From positions 1-64,000 of IMG/VR virus record IMGVR_UViG_3300033067_000833: DNA of 64,000 nt. The stretch is one strand, 5' to 3'. Below the pieces are notes generated by a model, which saw nothing but the letters and a program-made list of their open reading frames with translations, was not told the origin of the DNA and searched no databases. A program made the translations under genes and the position numbers. The DNA comes from a virus (lineage: Duplodnaviria; Caudoviricetes). Positions 55,982 through 64,000 of the stretch are shown here, piece by piece (the first letter of the stretch is position 1; each line of letters opens with the position of its first letter).

Positions 55982-57937
55982 TTACCCGCCGATGGACATC
56001 GAACCGATCGTGCTTGGATCGTACTGAACTCCCTGCGCTCCTGGAGATGTGATCGTCGCTCGCGGGTTTCCCGTGATCTGCTGCAGAATCTTGTTCTTCT
56101 CTTCGGTGCTCAGATGCGCAAACGATGGCGTGTTCAGCATCTGCACCAGCTGCTGACCAACTTGCGCAGGGTTCTGCGAGTAGTTGGCGGCGATCGCCTG
56201 GAGTTGCGGCATCGCCATTGGGTCAACCATGACGCCCGATGCCGATCCCGATCCGAACGGAACCGTCCCTTCCGGTGCTGACTGCGGTCCTGCTGTCGCT
56301 GCTGGCGCCGGAGTGGTAGCTGCCGGCAATGCGGGGCCGGCACCGAACGCCGTGGTCAGCGACCGATCATATTCGTCCATGATCTGCTTTGCCCGGTTCT
56401 TCTCGGTGATCGTAGCCGCTGGGTTGTTCAGGATCGCCTGCGCTTCGGCGAGACGCGGCGTCCACCGCATCTGCAGCTGCTCACGAAGCTCACGGTCGGA
56501 TTCGATCTGGCTTCGCCTTCCGAACTCATCCGCCGCCCGCCGCTGCCGGTTATCCTCGGACAGCCACTGCATGTTGCCCTGCATCATGGCCATCGCTCGC
56601 TCGGGGTCCATGCCTTGCCGGGCGAACGCTCGGATCAGCGCGCCTCGGTCCCCGAAGTATTGCCGGTCCCTGGCGAACTGCATCCGCTCCTCACGGGACT
56701 CGCCTCGGGCCTTGCCGCGGGCTTCGACGGCGGCTTGGCGGGCGGCCAGGGCGTCGCGGCGTTTCTGCATCTTGTCGAGGTCCGGGGCTTCGCCAGTCGT
56801 CATCTTGCGGTTCTTCCACGCCTCGGCAAACTGGCTCGGAGTGACTTCGGTCTGGCCTTGCATCGGCCGGGAGACCAACTCCGGCTGCTGGCGCTCCGGC
56901 ATCCCGCCCATCAGCATCGCCGGCAGCGCGCCACCTCCCGTCATCAGCGGCGAACCGAAGCCGCCGCCGGTGGTCATGCCGGTGGACTGGATTCCGGCAC
57001 CGATCCGCCGCGAGCCGAGCGACTGGTTGCTGGCCCGGCGACCGACTCCGGGGACCGTGACGTTCGACTGGCCGGCGTAGTAGGACTCACCGAAGCCTGG
57101 CTCACCGGGTCCGGCCGCCGGCACGCTGATGTCAGGACGCGACGGGTTCTGGCCGCGGGCCGATTGAATCAGCCGCGAGATGGCGTCGAGTTCGGCCGGG
57201 CGAGCGAACTGGCCGGCGTCGGTCCCCGAGAAGTCGCCGCTGCGGAAGGCGTTGACCAATGCACCGCGTGAGTCAAGGTCTTCCTGTGTGGTCTGTAAAC
57301 CGCCGCCACCGTTACGACTGAGCCTGCCTTGTGCGGCTGCGGCCCGCGCCGGTGTTCCGCCGGGGGCGAAGTTCACCGGGCCGTGAAAGGCTCGTTGGAT
57401 CTCGGCTGGCGTCGCCGGGTTCTCGACGGTCGGTGAACGCATCGGAGGCACCACAGGCTGTCGCAGCGGCAGTGGTGCCCCAGACGCGTCGGCAGGACGG
57501 TTGATGCCGCGGACCTTCCCGGCGTACCCGTACTCCGCCAAGCGATCGCGCCCGATTCCAAGCGGAGCGAGTCGTCGATCCGCCGGCAGCGGTGGCGTGT
57601 TTGTCGCCATGTCTCGGAACGGAACATTGCGTCCGAAAAACGAGAACGTGTTTGCGGCTTGCTGCTGCCAGGGCGGGGCGGGAACTGGAGGTGCAATCGG
57701 AGCAATAGCCGGTGCGGTCATTGGCGCATCAAACCCGACGATTACTGGAGCATCACGCTTTGGCATGTAATCTGGTTTACCGATCGTTCTGCTTGATGGA
57801 AGCAGTGGCTCAGGCGATCCCATCGACCACTGGTTCCAATCTCCAGGAACAACGTCAATGTCCGGGTCTCTTGGTTCCAAGTTAAGACGTTGCTTTGGAG
57901 CCATCGCCTGCCCAAACGGACTTTTCTTCTTCGCCAT
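55982..57937 (-). CDS. low-complexity internal virion protein candidate
   Basis: Pro/Gly/Gln-rich, with a charged coiled segment. Confidence 0.5.
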   Translation of the reverse strand: MAKKKSPFGQAMAPKQRLNLEPRDPDIDVVPGDWNQWSMGSPEPLLPSSRTIGKPDYMPKRDAPVIVGFDAPMTAPAIAPIAPPVPAPPWQQQAANTFSFFGRNVPFRDMATNTPPLPADRRLAPLGIGRDRLAEYGYAGKVRGINRPADASGAPLPLRQPVVPPMRSPTVENPATPAEIQRAFHGPVNFAPGGTPARAAAAQGRLSRNGGGGLQTTQEDLDSRGALVNAFRSGDFSGTDAGQFARPAELDAISRLIQSARGQNPSRPDISVPAAGPGEPGFGESYYAGQSNVTVPGVGRRASNQSLGSRRIGAGIQSTGMTTGGGFGSPLMTGGGALPAMLMGGMPERQQPELVSRPMQGQTEVTPSQFAEAWKNRKMTTGEAPDLDKMQKRRDALAARQAAVEARGKARGESREERMQFARDRQYFGDRGALIRAFARQGMDPERAMAMMQGNMQWLSEDNRQRRAADEFGRRSQIESDRELREQLQMRWTPRLAEAQAILNNPAATITEKNRAKQIMDEYDRSLTTAFGAGPALPAATTPAPAATAGPQSAPEGTVPFGSGSASGVMVDPMAMPQLQAIAANYSQNPAQVGQQLVQMLNTPSFAHLSTEEKNKILQQITGNPRATITSPGAQGVQYDPSTIGSMSIGG

Positions 57938-57967
57938 GATCTAACTCCTTCGCCTAAATTGTACGCA

Positions 57968-58780
57968 TTACTCCAGAATCCTGGAAACTGCAGTTCGTAA
58001 AGCAGCCCGTTCGTGTTGCAGCAACTCCGCCGCAAGATCGTCCGGCAGATCGTACCACACGTTGGCGATCTCGTCCCGCTTCCGCCCGGCTTCGGACCCG
58101 ATCACCCAAATCTTCAACGCCGTCGCATAATGGCCCATGACATCCGCGATCGCTTTCGTGTTCGCTGTCGATCCGTACAGCACAAGCAGCTTGCACGTGG
58201 TGGCGTCAACCAGGAGCAGCAGGTCCGGCGCCCGGCCAGCCATGACAGTGCATTCCATCTGCCCGTTCGGGATCGGAACCTGGTCCGGCCGCACGGTCTG
58301 GATCGGCAGGACGTGCAGCACGTCGCAGTGGCCCGTGTCCGGATCGAATGTCCCGCGGACGCCAAGTCGCTTCAACTGCGCGATGTGGGCCGGCGGTTCG
58401 ACACGCTTCGGGCACGTCCGGCAGACGACCACGTCACAGGAGCGAGGCTCCTCCCCGGCCAGCAACGGCATCGGCAGGAACGTCGGAAACCGCGAGTCGG
58501 CCGGAGATAGCTTCCGTCCGTCCGCCAGGATGATCTGGCCATCGCCCGGCTGGTTCGGGAGTCGCGGAGTGCAATAGCCGGACGCGATCGTCGAACACTC
58601 GTACACCTCGGGCTGGTTCGAGCAGTTGCAGCGGATCTTGCCAACGGCTCCCCAGGAACGGTGCGTGCATTGAACGTCGGGTTCCGGAGTGGACTTCGGC
58701 AGTGATGGCTGGTCGATCAGGGTTCCGTTGGCTCGGGCCTGGTTGCGTTCACGGGCGGTGAGTGGTCGTTGTTCTGTCAT
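57968..58780 (-). CDS. Cys-containing hypothetical protein
   Basis: Several Cys pairs in the N-terminal half; in the tail operon. Confidence 0.55.
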   Translation of the reverse strand: MTEQRPLTARERNQARANGTLIDQPSLPKSTPEPDVQCTHRSWGAVGKIRCNCSNQPEVYECSTIASGYCTPRLPNQPGDGQIILADGRKLSPADSRFPTFLPMPLLAGEEPRSCDVVVCRTCPKRVEPPAHIAQLKRLGVRGTFDPDTGHCDVLHVLPIQTVRPDQVPIPNGQMECTVMAGRAPDLLLLVDATTCKLLVLYGSTANTKAIADVMGHYATALKIWVIGSEAGRKRDEIANVWYDLPDDLAAELLQHERAALRTAVSRILE

Positions 58781-59262
58781 GGGTCAATCACAAACGTAAT
58801 TGGTGCAGGGTAGGTGTCACAACAGGTGCATCCGCTGTCATCGGTGATCTGATTCTCGAATTCAAGATGCAATGGCGGATAGGTTTGAACCGTGGCGTCA
58901 GTTGTGTTTGAAGTGATCGTACATGGCGTCGAACCTGAAACCTGAGTGACGGTCAGTTGATACCGTCCTGTTTCTCCATCGCACGTCAATTCCAACACGA
59001 CTGACAGGCATTCGGCAAGCCAGATCGCATCCTCTCCTGACCACCAGTTGTCGCCAAGGCCCAGCGAGCGATCAATCAACGTGATTTCCTGTTGGTCGAA
59101 GTCGCAGCCGGGGGCGTTGACAACGCAGGTCAAGTCCCCAGTGATTTCCTGGCACCCCGTCGGCGGAGGAGGTTCCTCGCAGCAGCACGCCGGCGCGGCC
59201 GGGCCGAGCGTCAGCTTTCCGTTTGTGAGCAGCAGCTTGCCTTTCCATGTCACCAGCGACAT
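58777..59262 (-). CDS. small Cys-rich tail-associated protein
   Basis: MSLVTWKGKLLLTNGKL...ACCCEE; C-terminal CTCC. Confidence 0.6.
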   Translation of the reverse strand: MSLVTWKGKLLLTNGKLTLGPAAPACCCEEPPPPTGCQEITGDLTCVVNAPGCDFDQQEITLIDRSLGLGDNWWSGEDAIWLAECLSVVLELTCDGETGRYQLTVTQVSGSTPCTITSNTTDATVQTYPPLHLEFENQITDDSGCTCCDTYPAPITFVIDP

Positions 59263-59264
59263 CG

Positions 59265-61022
59265 TCACGCCCCCGAAGGTGTTGCGGAAGCGGACGACGC
59301 CTCGCACGGAGCGCACTCGCACTCTGCAGGCGACTGGGCCGCCCCAACTTCCTTGCATAGACCCCAGATCGCGCCCTTGTCCCAGTCGAACGCCGGGCAC
59401 GGGTCGCAGCTGAACGCGACTTCGGTGGCCATTTCAATCCGCTCAAAGTTGACAAAATCATTGTCCGCTGACTCAGCACACCCGATGAAGCACACTCGCG
59501 ACTTGAACGCTTGAAGTCCGCACTGCTCAAATACGTTGTCATCATCCTCATCACGAGAATATGGGCCAAACCCTGTCAGCATGTAGCCCTCGACAGTCGG
59601 AAGTGGCTTGTTGCCCTTGGGTGAACTGCCATCCGAGCACATGACGCACGCCTTGCCGTACTGGATCGACGGAGAACACCCGGACGAGCACGACAGGTCA
59701 ACCTCTTTGACGAAGTCCACCATCTCCCCGGCGATCGCCTGCTCGCGGTTGGTCTGGCCGCATTGCTCGCACTGTTGCACGACCACGTCCGACATGGTCT
59801 TTTCTTTGTCGATGCCGCAATCGCCTTCCGAGCAACCCATATCAAGCATCACCTTTCCGATGCGGTGGTACGTCGGCTGCAGCAAGTCCCAGCCGCACGA
59901 TTCGTCGTTCCACACTGCGTACACGGGCAGGCCGGCGCAGTTATAGATGCCCATCGGATTCTTGGCGATTTTGGGTTGCTCCCTCGGCAGCCAATCGGTC
60001 ACGTCGATGTACTCGATCGACTCGATCTCCATCTCGGCGCCGCACACTTGGCCTCCGATGATCTTGGCGATCAAAGCGCGCGGCCCGGGGTCGATCCAGC
60101 CATAGCACTCGGGCGGCGTCCCGGTCCCGCACTCGCCAGGCTGGATGTGCAGCGTTACGTCTTCGTTGGCATCGCAACCGACCTTTCTTTTGGCGCCATT
60201 GCAGACGCGAATCTCGCAGTCGGTCTCCTCCATGTAGCACGGGTTGGCAGCGGACGGCTTGAGGATCGTGGCATTGCCGCAGGCATCCGGAGGAATCGGT
60301 TCTTTGATCCGGACGCGACGGGTCAGCCCGTAGGGAAACGACGGCCGGTAGCACGCCTGGCCATAATTGCTTCCGCTGGTCTCGCAGCTGTTCGTCCGCT
60401 CGACCTTGAAGCACTCCCCGGGCACGGCCAGCAGCCACTTGTTGCAGTCGCACACCTTGATCCGGTCGGCGTTCGGGTCGTCCTCCCAGCATCGCTGGGC
60501 GCCGTTCCATCGCTGCGGGATGGCGATGCCGTCCATGTCTCCGGGCAGGATGCACTCGTATGCCTTGACCATCAGTTCGGTGTTGCAGTCCTCCCACCGC
60601 TTCACACGCATCGTCACGGTGCCGGAGTCGTAGTCCCCGATGATCAAATATCCACAGTAGCCTTCCTCCAAAAAGAATGATCCGCTTTTGACGCCCACAA
60701 CGGTCCCTGTCTGGTAGCTGGCGTTCGCCACCAGTGCCAGCATCGGGTCGTCCATCGTACCAACGCGGCCGTACTGGTACATAGGAATCTCGCACGGCCC
60801 GTTTATCACCGTGGCGCATGGGTTGTCTCTAGTGGCTCGGCGCACGTACAGCACCGTCCGACCGTCGCCGGGCGTGTAATTACTGCCTTGCTCGGGACGC
60901 TCGGAACCCGGGGACACAATCTCCAGCGCTGCAAACGGAGGAATCGTCTCAGCGCTGGCATTGTAGAGTTCGATCCAGCGTTGCTGGCGATGCGGGCTTC
61001 TCGTGTCTTGCGGCAACGTCAT
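59265..61022 (-). CDS. Cys-rich tail fibre / receptor-binding candidate
   Basis: 38 Cys in 585 aa by manual count; beta-rich; ends ASSASATPSGA. Confidence 0.55.
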   Translation of the reverse strand: MTLPQDTRSPHRQQRWIELYNASAETIPPFAALEIVSPGSERPEQGSNYTPGDGRTVLYVRRATRDNPCATVINGPCEIPMYQYGRVGTMDDPMLALVANASYQTGTVVGVKSGSFFLEEGYCGYLIIGDYDSGTVTMRVKRWEDCNTELMVKAYECILPGDMDGIAIPQRWNGAQRCWEDDPNADRIKVCDCNKWLLAVPGECFKVERTNSCETSGSNYGQACYRPSFPYGLTRRVRIKEPIPPDACGNATILKPSAANPCYMEETDCEIRVCNGAKRKVGCDANEDVTLHIQPGECGTGTPPECYGWIDPGPRALIAKIIGGQVCGAEMEIESIEYIDVTDWLPREQPKIAKNPMGIYNCAGLPVYAVWNDESCGWDLLQPTYHRIGKVMLDMGCSEGDCGIDKEKTMSDVVVQQCEQCGQTNREQAIAGEMVDFVKEVDLSCSSGCSPSIQYGKACVMCSDGSSPKGNKPLPTVEGYMLTGFGPYSRDEDDDNVFEQCGLQAFKSRVCFIGCAESADNDFVNFERIEMATEVAFSCDPCPAFDWDKGAIWGLCKEVGAAQSPAECECAPCEASSASATPSGA

Positions 61023-62491
61023 GTCCGGGCCTCAAAATGTTGACTGACTCGTGTTTGTGGAACCTGCCCGCGGCCGAGACGGTATACGACTTGGGCCAGC
61101 TTCCCGTTCAATTCCACCCGCTGGAGTCCGGCCAAGCTCAAGTGCCGACGCTCACGGATGGCATCGAAGTGGTCCTTCCATGCGTCAAGGTACACTTCCG
61201 CCTCCTCGTGCAAAGCGTCGCGGTTGTCCTGCTCGGCGGACAGCTGGCAGTTGTAGTACCCCAGCGTTCGCGCTCGCCACAAGTACGGGATCTCCAAGAC
61301 CCACTCGCCCGTGCCGTAGTCGCGCTCGATCTCGATGGTTTCGTGAATCCACTCGCGTCGTTCGTAGTGGCGAACGTGGAATCCGGTGTGGAGTTTCAGG
61401 TCGGCCGGATGGATACATGCACCCATCTGGAAAATCGGGTACTCGAAGCGGATCAGCCGGTTATGCCGGTCGATCGTGAAGTCGCAGCCGACGTTGGGGC
61501 AGTCGTTGACGTTGTACGGGTGGTCGCCCCACGGGTAGTATGTCCCGGTGACGTAGGCCGGCGGCGGCTCGACGGATCCAAACGTGACGCGGTGCGTGTC
61601 CAGGTCCAAGTCATCAAGGTCGGCCAAGTACACCGACTCGCTGAACGGGATGTTCTGCGGAGCCACGACCTGATAGCAGCGGAACACGGACTCGAAGGCC
61701 CGCATGCGATTGAACTGGGACACGCCCGAGAACAGTGTCGGCCATTCGTGCTCCCAGCCCGTGGACGGCTTGTAGGACAGCTGGTTGATCGGCTTGTACT
61801 TGCCATCGGTGTCGATCCCAACGGCTTGCAACTGCAGGGCCGCACCGAACCATGTCTTGTTGCACTTCACCTTGAGCTTCTTGGGTCCGCCTTCGACCGT
61901 GGCAAGGAAGTCGGGAATGATCGCCGGCCACGCAGTGGACATCCCGTCGCCCTGGTCGGTTGTGCGGATACTGTAGTGGTCGTGAATATCGCGACAAACG
62001 TGACCAGGGAGGAACTTCAGCAACTCGTTGATCGCCTGGTCGCTTGGGGTGTTGCTCCAGTCAATATCCGGGTAGGTCTGCGGCAGGCTAGACGACAGGC
62101 CGGACTCCTCGACGGACGCCATCGCCAAGGCAGCGATGTACTCCGCGTTCAGTTTCGTGCTTCCGTCGATCGAGTTGTCGCGAAATCGCCGGTTGTACCG
62201 CCCGGAGATTTGGTAGCCGGGCCACGTCGCCCTGCGGTCTTGCAGAGTGACAACCCACTCCCGCTTGCCGTCGCGGTGCTCGGTGCGCAGCGTGGAGAGG
62301 TCCGGGACGCACTCACGAAACGTGACCTGGCCGTCGTCGCTCGCAAACACCAGATCGCCAGGATCGACGATGAGGTTGCTGTCGTGCGGGATCCGGATGC
62401 GAAACGTGCCGGCCGACGTTCCCCGCCGCAGCCGCGCGTCGAGGCTGATCACCGGGATGTTCTGGAATGTGCAAGTCACGGCAAATGGCAT
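61019..62491 (-). CDS. tail / baseplate-hub-like protein
   Basis: Beta-rich 490-aa ORF in the tail operon; GGGAGG RBS. Confidence 0.5.
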   Translation of the reverse strand: MPFAVTCTFQNIPVISLDARLRRGTSAGTFRIRIPHDSNLIVDPGDLVFASDDGQVTFRECVPDLSTLRTEHRDGKREWVVTLQDRRATWPGYQISGRYNRRFRDNSIDGSTKLNAEYIAALAMASVEESGLSSSLPQTYPDIDWSNTPSDQAINELLKFLPGHVCRDIHDHYSIRTTDQGDGMSTAWPAIIPDFLATVEGGPKKLKVKCNKTWFGAALQLQAVGIDTDGKYKPINQLSYKPSTGWEHEWPTLFSGVSQFNRMRAFESVFRCYQVVAPQNIPFSESVYLADLDDLDLDTHRVTFGSVEPPPAYVTGTYYPWGDHPYNVNDCPNVGCDFTIDRHNRLIRFEYPIFQMGACIHPADLKLHTGFHVRHYERREWIHETIEIERDYGTGEWVLEIPYLWRARTLGYYNCQLSAEQDNRDALHEEAEVYLDAWKDHFDAIRERRHLSLAGLQRVELNGKLAQVVYRLGRGQVPQTRVSQHFEART

Positions 62492-62519
62492 TGAATTACC
62501 TCCCGTGACGATATAAAAT
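62491..62519 (+). promoter_or_regulatory. promoter of the antisense HNH-like cassette
   Basis: TTGAAT-N17-TAAAAT. Confidence 0.7.
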
Positions 62520-62583
62520 GCGAAACGCCACGGCAGTTGTCGCTGCCGGGCGTCTCTCGCAATCTGACAAGGAAGGTGTCGTC

Positions 62584-63231
62584 ATGCGTAAAATCATTCT
62601 GACCGCCGGGAAGTCGTTTGGCAAGTGGACCGTTTTGGAAGATGCAACCAGCAGCAGTCCATCGCAATCCGGCCAGTACCGATGTGAATGCGAATGTGGA
62701 ACTATCCGAATTGTTTCCTCCTATTCGCTCCGCAAGGGATTGTCGCTTTCGTGTGGATGCGACATGATCGGAAACACGCAGCACGGACTTTGTTACCACC
62801 CACTGTTTCGAGTTTGGGGAGGAATGAAAGATCGGTGCTACTACGAAGGGTGCTGTAGTTTCAAGTATTACGGTGCCAGAGGCATTACCGTGTGCGACGA
62901 ATGGAAGAACGATTTCAAGGCGTTCTACGACTGGGCGATTGGAAACGGATACATCAAGGGATTGACAATTGAACGCAAAAATCGACATGGAAATTACGAG
63001 CCGTCCAATTGCTGCTGGGCAACCATGAAAGTTCAGAATAGAAATTGCAGTCGAAACCATCTCGTTACCTACCAGGGAAGGACGATGCCGCTTGTAAGCT
63101 GGTGTGACGAGCTGCATCTAAGCTATTCTGTCGTCAATCAGCGACTTACTAAACTTAACTGGACTCCAAAGGAAGCGTTTCAAACCCCAGTCCGAAAGAT
63201 GCGAATCGCAAAACGTACTGACGTTACCTAG
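62584..63231 (+). CDS. His-Me finger / HNH-like homing endonuclease inserted antisense in the tail operon
   Basis: FGKWTV, CECECG, SCGC, WGGMKDRC, YGARGITVCDEW, TIERKN..GNYEPSNC.WAT. Confidence 0.85.
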   Translation: MRKIILTAGKSFGKWTVLEDATSSSPSQSGQYRCECECGTIRIVSSYSLRKGLSLSCGCDMIGNTQHGLCYHPLFRVWGGMKDRCYYEGCCSFKYYGARGITVCDEWKNDFKAFYDWAIGNGYIKGLTIERKNRHGNYEPSNCCWATMKVQNRNCSRNHLVTYQGRTMPLVSWCDELHLSYSVVNQRLTKLNWTPKEAFQTPVRKMRIAKRTDVT

Positions 63232-63995
63232 GAACCGAGTGGCGTTCCCCACGGAAGAATTGGCGTTTGCGTTCCACGAGGAATGTAATAGCTGTTTACA
63301 TAAAGTGGCTGGTTGTACTGAGGAACGATTATTTGAGCGCCTGCCGATGGAATTTCAAACTCGAAGTGCCACTCTAGGGCGTGATAAAGCCAACTGTAAC
63401 CGTAATGGAGCGGGCTTACGGGACGGATGACTCGCTTGTCTCGGTGCTCGTAGGTTGGGTCTAGGATCATTGGCGTCGGGACTGCTCCGTCAACGTACCA
63501 TCCATGAAACCCGACAGAGTGACCTTCCTGAATGATCGTCACATTTGAGTCGTCCCAGATCGTGTACCGTCGCGGTACACCGTTAATGACCCGTTGTGAT
63601 CTCCATGCTTGCGATCCTCCGATGTTGGATATGCTTTCCTGATACTCGATGATCTCGTTCTCGCACGCTTCGTATAGCTGCTCCAGCGTGATCACGTAAT
63701 CCCGCTGGATCACCATCTGTTCCATCTGGTTCGTCGGGAGTTCTACGGCGCAGACTCGCGGGCCGCGGATGCTGTTCTCGTTGTTCGGGTCAAGGACGTG
63801 GCGGGTGGCTTGCCCGTTCTCGTCGAGGATCACGAACAGCCGTTCATTGACGCTGTACGCCTCGTTCATGGCGTCGATTTTGTTCTTGAGCGTGCCCCAG
63901 TCGCATGCCTGCAGCTGGATGTACAGGGTGCAGCGCTTGAGCACCGTGTCGCGCCAGCCGCGCCGGGTGTGGTTGGGAAGCTCCTCCCACTTCAT
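63228..63995 (-). CDS. tail-associated protein
   Basis: Minus-strand ORF continuing the virion operon. Confidence 0.5.
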   Translation of the reverse strand: MKWEELPNHTRRGWRDTVLKRCTLYIQLQACDWGTLKNKIDAMNEAYSVNERLFVILDENGQATRHVLDPNNENSIRGPRVCAVELPTNQMEQMVIQRDYVITLEQLYEACENEIIEYQESISNIGGSQAWRSQRVINGVPRRYTIWDDSNVTIIQEGHSVGFHGWYVDGAVPTPMILDPTYEHRDKRVIRPVSPLHYGYSWLYHALEWHFEFEIPSAGAQIIVPQYNQPLYVNSYYIPRGTQTPILPWGTPLGS

Positions 63996-64000
63996 GTCCA

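Noticed and set aside
1-64000. Canonical tRNA, rRNA or IS transposase genes
   Set aside because: None recognised; all T-loop elements are non-canonical and no DDE or HUH transposase motifs were seen.

Overview
The whole window reads as a GC-rich tailed dsDNA phage or prophage, with no host housekeeping genes, rRNA, canonical tRNA or CRISPR array. The host is probably a planctomycete: there is a Planctomycete-type 'LEQLESR' plus dockerin protein, a DUF1580-like HTH and a CsrA. Layout: (1) 1-18.4 kb, minus strand: a lysis-like module with a secreted papain-type protease, head-completion proteins, two Ser/Thr/Pro-repeat paralogs, portal, terminase, a glycosyltransferase-methyltransferase fusion, an Acb2/Tad1-like small protein, major capsid and scaffold. 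(2) 18.5-25.4 kb, plus strand: HTH, serine recombinase, DNA methyltransferase, HNH, dockerin protein. (3) 25.4-45.3 kb, an accessory/early region: two sigma-like proteins, MoxR-type AAA plus vWA module, CsrA, a retron-type reverse transcriptase, clamp-loader-like ATPase, methyltransferase, PAPS-reductase-like enzyme and SNF2-like helicase, interleaved with about 1.7 kb of structured non-coding DNA. (4) 45.3-52.3 kb: RusA, an annealing protein and YqaJ, XRE repressor, replication initiator with iterons, DnaB. (5) 52.3-64 kb, minus strand: internal virion and Cys-rich tail proteins. The best candidate for an undescribed system is in block 3. A retron-type RT whose first catalytic Asp is replaced by Asn sits in an operon punctuated by tRNA-derived 'armless' minihelices, an over-sized tRNA-like RNA, a 3x periodic hairpin, and five copies of a fixed-spacing bipartite motif (CGGARCG-N7-GCYCCGA). 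All family assignments are from motif recognition by eye, and all folds were paired by hand; no searches were run.
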